Origin: an uncultured Syntrophobacteraceae bacterium
Lineage (GTDB): Bacteria > Desulfobacterota > Syntrophobacteria > Syntrophobacterales > Syntrophobacteraceae
NCBI GenBank assembly: GCA_964505935.1
Contig: CAZDKX010000002.1
Span: 2,617-66,616, forward strand
Reading direction: 5' to 3'
Length of the DNA stretch: 64,000 nucleotides
Part shown: one piece after another, positions 31,961 to 40,938 of the stretch
Position numbering within the stretch: position 1 is the first letter of the stretch
Layout of the letters: every line of letters begins with the position of its first letter
Made by a program: the position numbers and the translations under genes
The notes under the pieces: generated by a model
Database searches by the model: none
What the model saw: only the letters and a program-made list of their open reading frames with translations
Told to the model about the DNA's origin: nothing

Positions 31961-32503
31961 ATGAGAAGAGTGTCGGGAATTGGTCTTTGGGTATTCCTCC
32001 TGGTCGGGCTGGCTTTACCGAGCGGATGCGCCAGGAGCGGGGAGCGGGCGGCACCGGCTACCAAGGCGATTGCGGTCCTCACGCCCACTCAGGGAAACAA
32101 GGTGCAGGGCGTGGTCTCCTTCAGCAAGGAGCGTGATGGGGTGCGGATTGAAGCCGCCATTCAGGGGCTCAAGCCCGGTCTGCACGGCTTTCATATTCAC
32201 GAGTACGGCGATTGCAGTTCGCCTGATGCCAATTCTGCCGGCGGCCATTTCAATCCCGGAAATATGCCCCACGGCGGGCCAACGGCCGAGAAGCACCATG
32301 CTGGAGATCTGGGCAACCTCCAGGCCGACGCTTCGGGGAATACCAAACTCACGCTGGTTGTTGCAGGGCTCTCTTTCGAAGGCTCGAGCTCGATTCTCGG
32401 GCGGGCGGTGGTCGTGCATGCCAATCCGGACGATTTCACCACCCAACCCACGGGCGGGGCGGGGGCCCGCGTTGCCTGCGGCGTGATCGGCATCGCCAAG
32501 TAG
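31961..32503 (+). CDS. sodC: periplasmic Cu/Zn superoxide dismutase, lipoprotein, 180 aa
   Basis: Lipobox LALPSGC. HGFHIHEYGDC, GGHFNPG, HAGDLGN, GGAGARVACGVIG. GAAGGAGAG Shine-Dalgarno before the ATG at 31961. Confidence 0.92.
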   Translation: MRRVSGIGLWVFLLVGLALPSGCARSGERAAPATKAIAVLTPTQGNKVQGVVSFSKERDGVRIEAAIQGLKPGLHGFHIHEYGDCSSPDANSAGGHFNPGNMPHGGPTAEKHHAGDLGNLQADASGNTKLTLVVAGLSFEGSSSILGRAVVVHANPDDFTTQPTGGAGARVACGVIGIAK

Positions 32504-32644
32504 CCACCACCGCCGTCCATCCTCCCTCACAGCACAGGAGCAAAACCTCATCCAAAATCATGCCAGCCCCGAAGGACGCCATGAGCACAAATTCATCGCT
32601 CGGCGTCCTTCGTGCGCCTCGTGGTGCAAAACCTCAAGCTGACG

Positions 32645-32674
32645 CTCGTTCCCAAGCAGGAGCTTGCGAACGAG
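32645..32674. repeat. GTTCCCAAGC palindromic element copy, within a 580-bp repeat-rich spacer
   Basis: See 30188-30213. The neighbouring TGTGATCTCTGTGTCGCCGTGGTGAAG (about 32697-32723) belongs to a further short-repeat type that is also related to 40998-41052. Confidence 0.6.
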
Positions 32675-33083
32675 CAAATGTCCAGACCATCAACCTTTGT
32701 GATCTCTGTGTCGCCGTGGTGAAGATGAGCGATTTCAACCTGACCGGGTATAAGTGCTCAGATTTGCTTGACGATGATGAAGACGGGTGGTAGAAGGAAG
32801 GCCCAGTCTGTTTCAACGCCAGCTTGGGTGGGTTGGCCGAGCGTCTCCCGATTTGTTGAGGGGCTGCCTTTCATCTGTCGGGTAATGATTCCATGCCTAT
32901 GTCATTGAAGGATCTTCTTGCCGCTGCAGTGGACGAGGGGCGAGCGCTTGTTGGCGGGCATCGCCGGCTCTTTTCAGTCCACGAAAGCGCCTCTGTACCG
33001 ACCATTGCAGCGACCGCCGCCCTCAAACGCCAATCCATCACCAGCTTTTCGCAGCGGATGCCCCTTCCAGAAAGAGTCGCCTG

Positions 33084-34133
33084 ATGCAGATCGAACTCGA
33101 AGCGATCACCAAGGCCTGGGGCGAAGTCGTTGCCGTGGACCAGGTCAGCTTCATCGCCAACGATGGCGAGCTGCTGGTGGTGCTCGGGCCATCAGGCTGC
33201 GGCAAATCAACCGTTCTCAGGCTGATCGCCGGCCTGGAAACGGTGACGGCCGGGGCCATCCGCATCGGCGGCCAGGACGTCGCCAACCTGCCACCAGCCA
33301 GCCGCAATGTGTCCATGGTGTTCCAATCCTATGCCCTCTTTCCCCATTTGAATGTGGCCGAAAACATCGTCTTCGGCCTCAAAGTGCGCAAGATCGAAGC
33401 TACCGAGCGCCAGCGGCGTCTAGAGCGGGCGGTGGAGCTTCTGGGCCTGCAGGGATTGCTGCACCGCAAACCGGCTGAACTGTCGGGGGGACAGCGCCAG
33501 CGGGTGGCCCTCGGCCGGGCCATCGTGAGCGAAGCGCCGGTGTGTCTGATGGACGAGCCCCTCTCGAACCTCGATGCCAAGCTCCGCCACGAGATGCGCC
33601 GGGAAATCCGCATGCTGCAGCAGCGCCTGGGGATCACCATGATCTATGTCACTCATGACCAGGTCGAAGCCATGACCATGGCGGACAAGATCGTGCTCCT
33701 CAACGCCGGGCGCGTCGAACAGTTTTCGCCTCCGGAAGAGCTCTATGCCCGTCCGGCCACGGTCTTTGTCGCCGGCTTCATCGGTACGCCTCCGATGAAC
33801 CTGCTGCCGCTCACCATCCCCGAGGTCATGCAGTGGGCCAGGGCCAACCTGGCCGCCTGTCTGCCCCAGGGAAGGCCGGAGCAGCTGATCCTGGGGGTGC
33901 GGCCGGAAAAGATCAGCCTTGATGAAGCGGGGCTGGCCGCCAACGTTCTCAGCCTCGAATACCTTGGCGCCGACAGCCTCATCGCCTGCCAGATCGGCGC
34001 CCGCGAATTGATCGTGCGCCAGAGCGGCCGGGTGAAGTTGGCCCCCGGCGATCGCATTCACTTGAACTGGCCGCAGGCCGAAAGCCATTTCTTCGAGGCG
34101 GGCACCGGTCTGCGCCATACCGGACAAGCGTGA
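33084..34133 (+). CDS. ABC transporter ATP-binding protein, MalK/UgpC type, 349 aa
   Basis: Walker A GPSGCGKST, signature LSGGQRQRVALGRA, Walker B CLMDEPLSNLD, and a C-terminal TOBE-like domain. Confidence 0.9.
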   Translation: MQIELEAITKAWGEVVAVDQVSFIANDGELLVVLGPSGCGKSTVLRLIAGLETVTAGAIRIGGQDVANLPPASRNVSMVFQSYALFPHLNVAENIVFGLKVRKIEATERQRRLERAVELLGLQGLLHRKPAELSGGQRQRVALGRAIVSEAPVCLMDEPLSNLDAKLRHEMRREIRMLQQRLGITMIYVTHDQVEAMTMADKIVLLNAGRVEQFSPPEELYARPATVFVAGFIGTPPMNLLPLTIPEVMQWARANLAACLPQGRPEQLILGVRPEKISLDEAGLAANVLSLEYLGADSLIACQIGARELIVRQSGRVKLAPGDRIHLNWPQAESHFFEAGTGLRHTGQA

Positions 34134-34192
34134 AAACTCCCCGGTCGCTTGCCGCCGGGGGTTGATGGAAACCCAAGAGGAAGGGGAGCGGT

Positions 34193-35479
34193 ATGAAACG
34201 GTTCGTGACGAAGGCGTTGTTCTGGGTCGTGGTAGCGGCCTGCCTGGGGGCAACCGGAGCCCAGGCGGCCGTCGAGCTCAACATGTACTACCCGGTGGCC
34301 GTCGGCGGCCCCATTACCAAAGTCATTGATGACATGATCGCAGAGTTCGAAAAGGCCAACCCGGATATCAAGGTCAAGGCGGTCTACGCCGGCAACTACG
34401 ACGACACCCGGGTCAAGGCCCTGGCCGCGCTCAAGGCCAACCAGCCGGTGCAACTCAGTGTGCTTTTTTCCATCGATGTGTTCGAGCTGATCGACCAGGA
34501 CGTGCTCGTCCCCTTCGACGAGGTCGCCACCTCAGCCGGGGACAAGCAGTGGCTGGCTTCCTTCTACCCCGCCCTGATGCAGAACTCCAAGGCTAAGGGC
34601 AAGATCTGGGGGGTCCCCTTCCAGCGCTCGACCATCGTGATGTATCACAACAAGGACGCCTTCAAGGAAGCAGGGCTCGACCCGAACAAGCCGCCCGCCA
34701 CCTGGGAGGAGATGGCAGCCCTTTCACAGAAGCTGGTCAAGAAGGATGCCTCGGGCAATGTCGCCCGCTGGGGTGTGATGATCCCTTCGACCGGCTACAC
34801 TTACTGGATGTTCCAGGCGCTTTGCATCGAAAACGGCCAGGAGCTCATGAACCAGGAAGGGAACAAGACCAACTTCGATCATGCCGATGTGGTGGCCTCC
34901 CTGCAGTACTGGCGCGACCTGGCCGTCAAGCACAAGGTGATGCCCGAGGGCACCATCGATTGGGGCACGCTGCGCCAGAAGTTCCTGGAGGGCGCTACGG
35001 CGATCATGTGGCACACCACGGGCAACCTCACGGCGGTGCGGGAGGGCGCGAAGTTCGACTTCGGCGTGAGCATGCTGCCCGCCTCGAAGCGCCGCGGCTC
35101 GCCCACCGGCGGCGGCAACTTCTACCTTTTCAAGAAGACCTCGCCCGAGGAGCGCGCGGCGTGCCTGAAATTCATCAAGTTCATGACCTCACCGGAGCTG
35201 AGCGCCCGCTGGTCCATCGCGACGGGCTATGTGGCCACCAGCCCCGCTGCCTATGAGACGGAAACGCTCAAGAAATACGTGGCCGATTTTCCGGCGGCGG
35301 CAGTGGCCCGTGACCAGTTTCCTTACTCGGTGGCCGAATTTTCCGTATATGAGAATGCCAGGGTCAAGAAATTCCTGGATGACGCCATCCAGAGCGTGCT
35401 GACCGGCGGGAAGCAGCCCGCAGAGGCCCTGACCAGCGCTCAGCAGCAGGCCGAACGCGTGCTCAAGGCCTACCGGTGA
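34193..35479 (+). CDS. ABC transporter substrate-binding protein, family 1 (UgpB/sugar type), 428 aa
   Basis: Signal peptide MKRFVTKALFWVVVAACLGATGAQA and a family-1 SBP-like sequence (WGVPFQRSTIVMYHNKDAFKEAGLDP). Confidence 0.85.
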   Translation: MKRFVTKALFWVVVAACLGATGAQAAVELNMYYPVAVGGPITKVIDDMIAEFEKANPDIKVKAVYAGNYDDTRVKALAALKANQPVQLSVLFSIDVFELIDQDVLVPFDEVATSAGDKQWLASFYPALMQNSKAKGKIWGVPFQRSTIVMYHNKDAFKEAGLDPNKPPATWEEMAALSQKLVKKDASGNVARWGVMIPSTGYTYWMFQALCIENGQELMNQEGNKTNFDHADVVASLQYWRDLAVKHKVMPEGTIDWGTLRQKFLEGATAIMWHTTGNLTAVREGAKFDFGVSMLPASKRRGSPTGGGNFYLFKKTSPEERAACLKFIKFMTSPELSARWSIATGYVATSPAAYETETLKKYVADFPAAAVARDQFPYSVAEFSVYENARVKKFLDDAIQSVLTGGKQPAEALTSAQQQAERVLKAYR

Positions 35480-35494
35480 TGCCGGTGCCATGCT

Positions 35495-35652
35495 TTCCCC
35501 CTTCCCTTTCCCCTCCCACGAGGGGAGGGGGATCGGTCCATGTCTCCCCTTCCTCGAAGTGAGGGAGGGGGGGAGGAGAGCAGCAGGAAGATCTGCAATG
35601 ACTTCTTCGTGTGATTTTGCAGGTCTTCGCGTGACTTCGTGTGACTTCGTGG
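35495..35652. repeat. intercistronic cluster of REP-like elements (C/G-tract hairpins plus CTTCGTG repeats) between the SBP and permease genes
   Basis: CCCCTCC-cacgagg-GGAGGGG (35510-35530), a second C/G-tract pair up to about 35580, then TTCGTGTGA...TCTTCGCGTGACTTCGTGTGACTTCGTGG (35606-35652). Confidence 0.7.
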
Positions 35653-35719
35653 ATGAAAAAGTGGTTAAAAAATATCCGCCCTTGGGCGTTAGACTGCTGC
35701 TGACTTCAAATTTGGCTGG

Positions 35720-36607
35720 ATGATGCGCCTCAAGTATCAAACCGCTAACTGGGTTTATGCGTGGCTGCTGCTCCTTCCCGCCTCGATCCTGATGGTGGCT
35801 TTTACCCATTACCCGATTGTGGGGAGCATTTGGGCCAGCTTTTTTTCCACCCCGCGCCAGGGCCGGGCCAGCCGGTTCGTCGGCGTGGACAACTATGTGT
35901 CGATGGTCAACGACCCCGTTTTCTGGCAGGTGCTGGCCAACAATTTTCTCTACGCCCTGGGTGCCATCCCGGTCAGCGTCTGCCTGGCTTTGCTCATGGC
36001 CGTCTGGGTCAACGGCAGACTGCCGGGCCGGGGCATTGTCCGGGCCGCCTATTTCACCCCGACCATTCTCCCGATGGTCGCCGTGGCCAATATCTGGCTC
36101 TTCTTTTACACACCTCAGATCGGCATTCTCGATCGCCTCTGCGGCCTGTTCGGAATCCCCAGCCACAGCTGGCTCGGTGACCCTGCCACCGCTTTGGGTT
36201 GCCTCGTGGTGCTGGCCATCTGGAAGGACGCAGGCTTCTTCATGATTTTCTTTCTGGCGGCCCTCCAGGGAATTTCACCCGAACTCGAGGAAGCCGCCCT
36301 CATCGAAGGGGCCGGCCGCTGGTATTTCTTTCGCCGGGTGACCCTGCCGCTGCTGATGCCGACGACGCTTTTCGTGCTGGTCAATGCTACGATCAACTCC
36401 TTCAAGCTCGTCGACCACATCTTCATCCTGACCAAGGGCGGCCCCGACAACGCCTCCTCATTGTTGCTCTACTACATCTATGAAGTCTCTTTCGGCTTCT
36501 GGGACACGGCCTACGCCTCGACCCTGACGGTGGTGCTGCTGTTGATCCTGAGCGTGCTGGCCGTCACGCAGTTTAAATACCTGGAGAAACGGGTGCACTA
36601 TCAGTGA
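35720..36607 (+). CDS. ABC transporter permease (UgpA/MalF type), 295 aa
   Basis: Six TM segments and the EAA-loop-like motif EEAALIEGAGRWYFFRRVTLPLL. Confidence 0.88.
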   Translation: MMRLKYQTANWVYAWLLLLPASILMVAFTHYPIVGSIWASFFSTPRQGRASRFVGVDNYVSMVNDPVFWQVLANNFLYALGAIPVSVCLALLMAVWVNGRLPGRGIVRAAYFTPTILPMVAVANIWLFFYTPQIGILDRLCGLFGIPSHSWLGDPATALGCLVVLAIWKDAGFFMIFFLAALQGISPELEEAALIEGAGRWYFFRRVTLPLLMPTTLFVLVNATINSFKLVDHIFILTKGGPDNASSLLLYYIYEVSFGFWDTAYASTLTVVLLLILSVLAVTQFKYLEKRVHYQ

Positions 36608-36651
36608 CGCCTGAGTCGTGAGTTTAGGGGGACAGGGGATCAGGTGGGAAC

Positions 36652-37473
36652 ATGATCATCCGAAAAGCCGACTGGGGATATTACCTGGAAACTGCGGGAG
36701 CCTGGCTGCTGGCGTTTCTGTGGGCGGCACCGCTGCTCTATGCCACGTGGGCAGCCTTTCACCCCATGGATTTCGTCAGCCGCTTCGACCTGCTCGCCCC
36801 GCTGACCCTGGACAACTTCCACTCGGCCTGGAGGGTTGCGCCTTTTGCCCGGTACTTCCTGAACACCTTCCTCCTGGTTTCCATGACCCTGACCGGCCAG
36901 TTGATCCTCTGTACTCTGGCCGCCTATGCTTTTGCCCGCTTTGAATTTCCCGGCAGGGAGACCGCCTTCATCCTCGTGCTCATCCAAATCATGATCATGC
37001 CCGATGTCCTCATCGTTCAGAACTACCTCACGACGAGCAAACTGGGCCTGGTGGACACCATCCTCGGGATTGGACTGCCCTACATGGGTTCCGCTTTCGG
37101 CATCTTCCTGCTGCGCCAGGCCTTCAAGCAGGTCCCGCGAGAACTGGAGGAAGCCGCCCGAGTCGAAGGCGCCGGCTGGCTGTCGATTCTCCTGAAGGTT
37201 TACGTGCCGCTCGCGCGACCAACCTACCTCGCCTACGGCCTCGTCTCCGTCAGCTACCACTGGAACAACTTCCTGTGGCCGGTGGTCATCACCAACTCCA
37301 CCAACACACGGCCTCTTACCGTGGGGCTGTCGATCTTCGGAGCGCCCGAGTCGGGGGTGAACTTCTCCGTCATCTCGGCCGGTACCCTTCTCGCCGTTTC
37401 CCCCCTGCTGCTTGCCTTTCTGTTGTTCCAGCGCCAGTTCGTCCAGAGCTTCATGCGTTCCGGCATCAAGTAG
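36652..37473 (+). CDS. ABC transporter permease (UgpE/MalG type), 273 aa
   Basis: EAA loop EEAARVEGAGWLSILLKVYVPLARP and six TM segments. Confidence 0.88.
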   Translation: MIIRKADWGYYLETAGAWLLAFLWAAPLLYATWAAFHPMDFVSRFDLLAPLTLDNFHSAWRVAPFARYFLNTFLLVSMTLTGQLILCTLAAYAFARFEFPGRETAFILVLIQIMIMPDVLIVQNYLTTSKLGLVDTILGIGLPYMGSAFGIFLLRQAFKQVPRELEEAARVEGAGWLSILLKVYVPLARPTYLAYGLVSVSYHWNNFLWPVVITNSTNTRPLTVGLSIFGAPESGVNFSVISAGTLLAVSPLLLAFLLFQRQFVQSFMRSGIK

Positions 37474-37688
37474 TGGTGAATATTATCCAACTCTCAGCAT
37501 GAGTGTATAATAATACCCGTATACTACTAACCTATCGACATCGTAAGGCAACTTATCCCATCCGGCCCGTTTCCGGTTATCCGGAAAGGTAATGTGGATA
37601 TTATTACTCATATTGCGCGATTCAAGAGCGACTCTTATCAGTTATGCAAGTTATTGCAATAATGCAAAAGAATCTTCTACAGTAACAA

Positions 37689-37704
37689 TGGCACATACCT
37701 TGCT
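37689..37704 (+). promoter_or_regulatory. sigma-54 (-24/-12) promoter
   Basis: TGGCACatacCTTGCT matches TGGCAC-N5-TTGCW at all conserved positions, with canonical GG-to-GC spacing. Intergenic. Inverted repeats lie upstream: TTTCCGG-ttat-CCGGAAA at 37570-37587 and TGCAA/TTGCA/TGCAA at 37645-37667. Confidence 0.7.
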
Positions 37705-37715
37705 CTAGGTAACCA

Positions 37716-38390
37716 TCGGAAGCTGCAGGGTCGTGATGAAATCTGAGTATTGCAGGGTGAATCTGAAGCTTCCGCAAGTCGCTCTTTGGCAAAATATCTA
37801 GAATGAGCCGGTTATATCCTTGTGTGCTGTTCGACTGCTCGTGATGAGAAAGCGCTGGCGGAGAGACTGGATCCCGATATTGTGATGCCGGATGTCACCT
37901 CCCTGACAAAACTGGTTTGCTCCTGCTCGAAGGGATAATTCTCAGGGGACCCTTCGACCCCGTTGTGTTGGAAGCTGTGTTGTCCTCTGCGCGCTCGAAA
38001 GCGAAATCAAGGCAGGTGTGGAATTTTCAAGGAAAGCTGAAAACCGAACCCGAAGGTATAGCAGGCTCAGTCTCCAAACAGGGAACTCTCAGAAGTAAGT
38101 GTTTCAGATTCCATGCTGAGCTCATGTGGCGGTTGCGGGTTCGACTTGAGGTTCCGGTTAATGTGAATTTTGCAGTGGCGGTTCGAGCGGTAGCGGAGGT
38201 GCTGATTTCTTGCTGAGCTGATGGTCGTGTGGAAGTTCCAGTGGAAGATCTGATACGGGGTTGCGAAATTTCAAATTCAAGCTGGTGATTGTAGCTCTTT
38301 CGAATGTCTGACTTAGAAGAAACGATCTGAGAGCCCCCCTTTCATGGCAGGAGGCTGTGGGGAACACCCTTACAGCCTCCTGTTTTTTTT
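37716..38390 (+). ncRNA. candidate ~0.68-kb sigma-54-dependent noncoding (or micro-ORF) transcript; unrecognised class
   Basis: Defined only by the promoter at 37689-37704 and the terminator at 38348-38390, with no SD-preceded ORF in between. Low G+C. Contains imperfect internal repeats. Confidence 0.3.
38348..38390 (+). terminator. rho-independent terminator
   Basis: Perfect 11-bp stem CAGGAGGCTGT / ACAGCCTCCTG with a 13-nt loop, followed by T8 (38383-38390). Confidence 0.85.
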
Positions 38391-38518
38391 GCCTCCCGAT
38401 TTTGCGTATGGTATTCTGAATCATTCGTGAACAGGGAGCTCAGTGTAACCCGGCTTGCCGGGAAGCCTGATCTGTATCGGGAGTAAGGTACGGTACGGCA
38501 CTCGGGGGGCAATCCTTT

Positions 38519-39361
38519 ATGGTTCAACCTGTGCAAGGATCGAGACAGGGGTACAGCGCCTTCATCTTCACCCTGGCTGCCCTGGCCATTGCGTTTCTCG
38601 CGTCGGGGTGTGTCACCAACCCGATTACCGGCCGCAGTCAGGCCATGATCGTGAGCGATCAGGAAGCCTCAAAAGTCTCACGGCAGGCCTATCTTCAATT
38701 GCTGTCGGCGGCCAATCGTGAGAACGCCCTGGACAGTAACCAGCAAACTTTACGCCGCGTGCGTGGGATCACGGATAGGGTTGTCGCACAAGCCATCCAG
38801 TTGCGCCCCGAGACCCGGAACTGGCAATGGGAAGTCCATGTTTTGAAAGCCAATGAGGTAAACGCTTGGTGTATGGCGGGAGGCAAGATGGCTGTCTACA
38901 CGGGTTTGCTCGAAAAGATCAAACCCAGCGACGATGAACTCGCACAGGTCATGGCTCATGAAATCTCCCATGCCCTCCTGTCGCATCAGGCCGAGAAGAT
39001 CTCCCGAGTGCAGATGCAGAGAACGGGGCTACAACTGGGAGTCCTGGTAGGGGCGATTGCGGGTTACGACTTGAGCGGGGTTGCCGGCCTGGCCGACAGC
39101 GCGGCAGCAGTCGCCTTGCAGTTACCCAACAGTCGAGAGGCCGAGCGCGAAGCGGACCAGTTGGGGATCATGCTCGCGGCGCGTGCAGGCTATAACCCAC
39201 AGGCCGCCGTTTCCCTGTGGGAGAAGATGCTGCGGTCCTCAAGCGGCGCCCCCCCCGAATGGCTGAGCACGCATCCCGACCCTGAAGCACGTGTCAGTTA
39301 CATGCGTACCTTGGCAGAAGAGTACATGCCGGTCTATCGAAGCGCTGCGGGAAAGCTGTAG
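38519..39361 (+). CDS. M48-family zinc metallopeptidase, lipoprotein (LoiP/YcaL-like), 280 aa
   Basis: Lipobox FLASGC. The HEISHALLSH zinc motif. The downstream E (REAEREAD) and family-typical WLSTHPDP. Confidence 0.88.
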   Translation: MVQPVQGSRQGYSAFIFTLAALAIAFLASGCVTNPITGRSQAMIVSDQEASKVSRQAYLQLLSAANRENALDSNQQTLRRVRGITDRVVAQAIQLRPETRNWQWEVHVLKANEVNAWCMAGGKMAVYTGLLEKIKPSDDELAQVMAHEISHALLSHQAEKISRVQMQRTGLQLGVLVGAIAGYDLSGVAGLADSAAAVALQLPNSREAEREADQLGIMLAARAGYNPQAAVSLWEKMLRSSSGAPPEWLSTHPDPEARVSYMRTLAEEYMPVYRSAAGKL

Positions 39362-39411
39362 AGGCAGCGCCCGCCCGGCATCGTCCAGCAGCACCAAAGG
39401 GAGCTCTCCTC

Positions 39412-39432
39412 AAAGGGCACGCCCTGCCCTTT
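39412..39432. terminator. stem-loop between convergent genes (bidirectional terminator candidate)
   Basis: AAAGGGCA-cgccc-TGCCCTTT, a perfect 8-bp stem with A/T-run flanks built into the stem. Confidence 0.35.
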
Positions 39433-39520
39433 GCCCCTCATAAAATGCCATAGCCTGCCGCAGTTCGGTGAACTGCTGGATGACGAAAACTGGTGACAGC
39501 CAACAGCATGACCTGGATAT

Positions 39521-40606
39521 TCATGGCAGGGCTCTCAGGATCGTTTTGGCGTGCCGGACCAGCCGCCCGCGATAATCCCGGTTGAGCCAGGAGTTTCGCG
39601 CGATGCGCAGCAGGGTGATGCCCATGTAGAAGGGGATGCGACGGGTGATGGCCCTGAAGGCGCTCATGCGATCCGGGAAATGGCGGCAGTATTCCCAGAG
39701 GAAATGCCCGATAAAGGGTTCGGCGGCGCCGGGGTCGCCCTTCCCCTGGAGGAAGAAGTGCGCCAGCTCTCCACAGAGCCTGCCCAGGTCGAACACTCGA
39801 TCGGCCCACTGCATCCGCTCCAGGTCAATGGCCATCACGGCCTGGCCCTGGCCGAAAAGGAAATTCGCGGGTGTGACGTCGCCGTGCACCAGCACGCTTC
39901 GGTCCTCCCACATGATGCTCTGAGTCCGCCAGCTTTCGCCCAGGTGGTAGAGCTCGCCGGAATCGTCGCCTCCCAGGTTGAGTCTGGCGATCAGCGCCCC
40001 AATGACCCGCCCCAGGTAGGCATGACTGTGGTCGAAGTTGACGCCCAACTCCCCCGCCGTGAGGTTGTGCATAGCGGCCAGAAAATGGGCCAGGGCCGTG
40101 AGCTTCCGGTATAGCCGCTCGCCCTTGCCCAGGTGCATGGCCTCATTGATCACTTTCCCCAGCGCGTCACCTTCCAGAAATTCCATGATCAGCACGTTGC
40201 CTGTGTCCGGGTTGAAGCCCAGGGGCCTGACCACATAATGAGGCGGCGAATCGAACCCCAGCCCGCGCAGATAGACGAGGTTGCTGAACTCGACCTCTCC
40301 TGTTTCAGGATGCTGGCCGGCATTGCCTCGGGAAGGATAGAATTTGCCCACCAGCCGCACGCGGCTGTATTTCTCCTCATAGAGGTAGACGTTGCGCGAA
40401 TACTCGGCCTGGAAGACGCGGAATTCCACTCCCGCCGGTCCGACTTTCAACTGGGGAAGGATATGATCCTGAAGATACTGGAAGAGAGGATCATGATGGT
40501 CAAGATGTCCAAGATACCTGCCGATCATCGTCACGCTCGGGAAATCATCATGACAGTGGGCCGCTGCCGGCCCTCCTGCGGAGGCACAGCCCCCGTCATA
40601 TACCAT
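39521..40606 (-). CDS. aminoglycoside-phosphotransferase-fold kinase (APH/choline kinase family), up to 361 aa; the start may be the internal ATG at 40528
   Basis: Brenner motif VLVHGDVTPANFLF, the downstream IDLE, and the N-terminal nucleotide-binding lobe. Confidence 0.75.
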   Translation of the reverse strand: MVYDGGCASAGGPAAAHCHDDFPSVTMIGRYLGHLDHHDPLFQYLQDHILPQLKVGPAGVEFRVFQAEYSRNVYLYEEKYSRVRLVGKFYPSRGNAGQHPETGEVEFSNLVYLRGLGFDSPPHYVVRPLGFNPDTGNVLIMEFLEGDALGKVINEAMHLGKGERLYRKLTALAHFLAAMHNLTAGELGVNFDHSHAYLGRVIGALIARLNLGGDDSGELYHLGESWRTQSIMWEDRSVLVHGDVTPANFLFGQGQAVMAIDLERMQWADRVFDLGRLCGELAHFFLQGKGDPGAAEPFIGHFLWEYCRHFPDRMSAFRAITRRIPFYMGITLLRIARNSWLNRDYRGRLVRHAKTILRALP

Positions 40607-40938
40607 GGTCCAGGCAGTATGTCATCCGTTCAACTCCATGGAAACGGGCATGATGGACGAACCGACCGGCAAGGAATGCTGGCAGGCCTTCAACGCCTTA
40701 CCACGTCCCTCGAAGAAACGCGGTATGATTGGGGCCTGGCTATTCAGCTATGAAAGGCTATTCTTGCAGTTGCTCCCCCTGGCCCTCCTGAATTCGCCAG
40801 ACAAACACTCATGGTAGTCGCGCTTGAGGAGTGTTATACTTGTTTACGATTGAAAGTCGCGCTTTTCAGTCTTTCTGGATGCCCGCCAGAAGCACGCGGG
40901 CATGACGGTTGTGGGCCTGCCGCGCACTCATTCCCGCA

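Noticed and set aside
32504-33083. Possible gene or pseudogene in the 580-bp spacer before the ABC ATPase gene (ORFs 32560-32793, 32893-33084, 32918-33478).
   Set aside because: The ORFs are short, lack a Shine-Dalgarno and are built largely from REP-type repeats, or run out of frame into the ATPase gene. No family resemblance was seen.
37917-38216. 99-codon TTG-start ORF inside the AT-rich stretch (and 88-codon minus-strand ORF 38158-38424).
   Set aside because: It has no Shine-Dalgarno, an unusual start codon and a product with no recognisable features. The minus-strand ORF runs through the terminator hairpin. The region is treated as noncoding, with the caveat stated in the finding.
37705-38348. 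CsrB/RsmZ-like sponge RNA (many GGA motifs).
   Set aside because: I counted about 14 GGA triplets in about 640 nt, which is close to random expectation. They are not consistently presented as A(N)GGA in hairpin loops.
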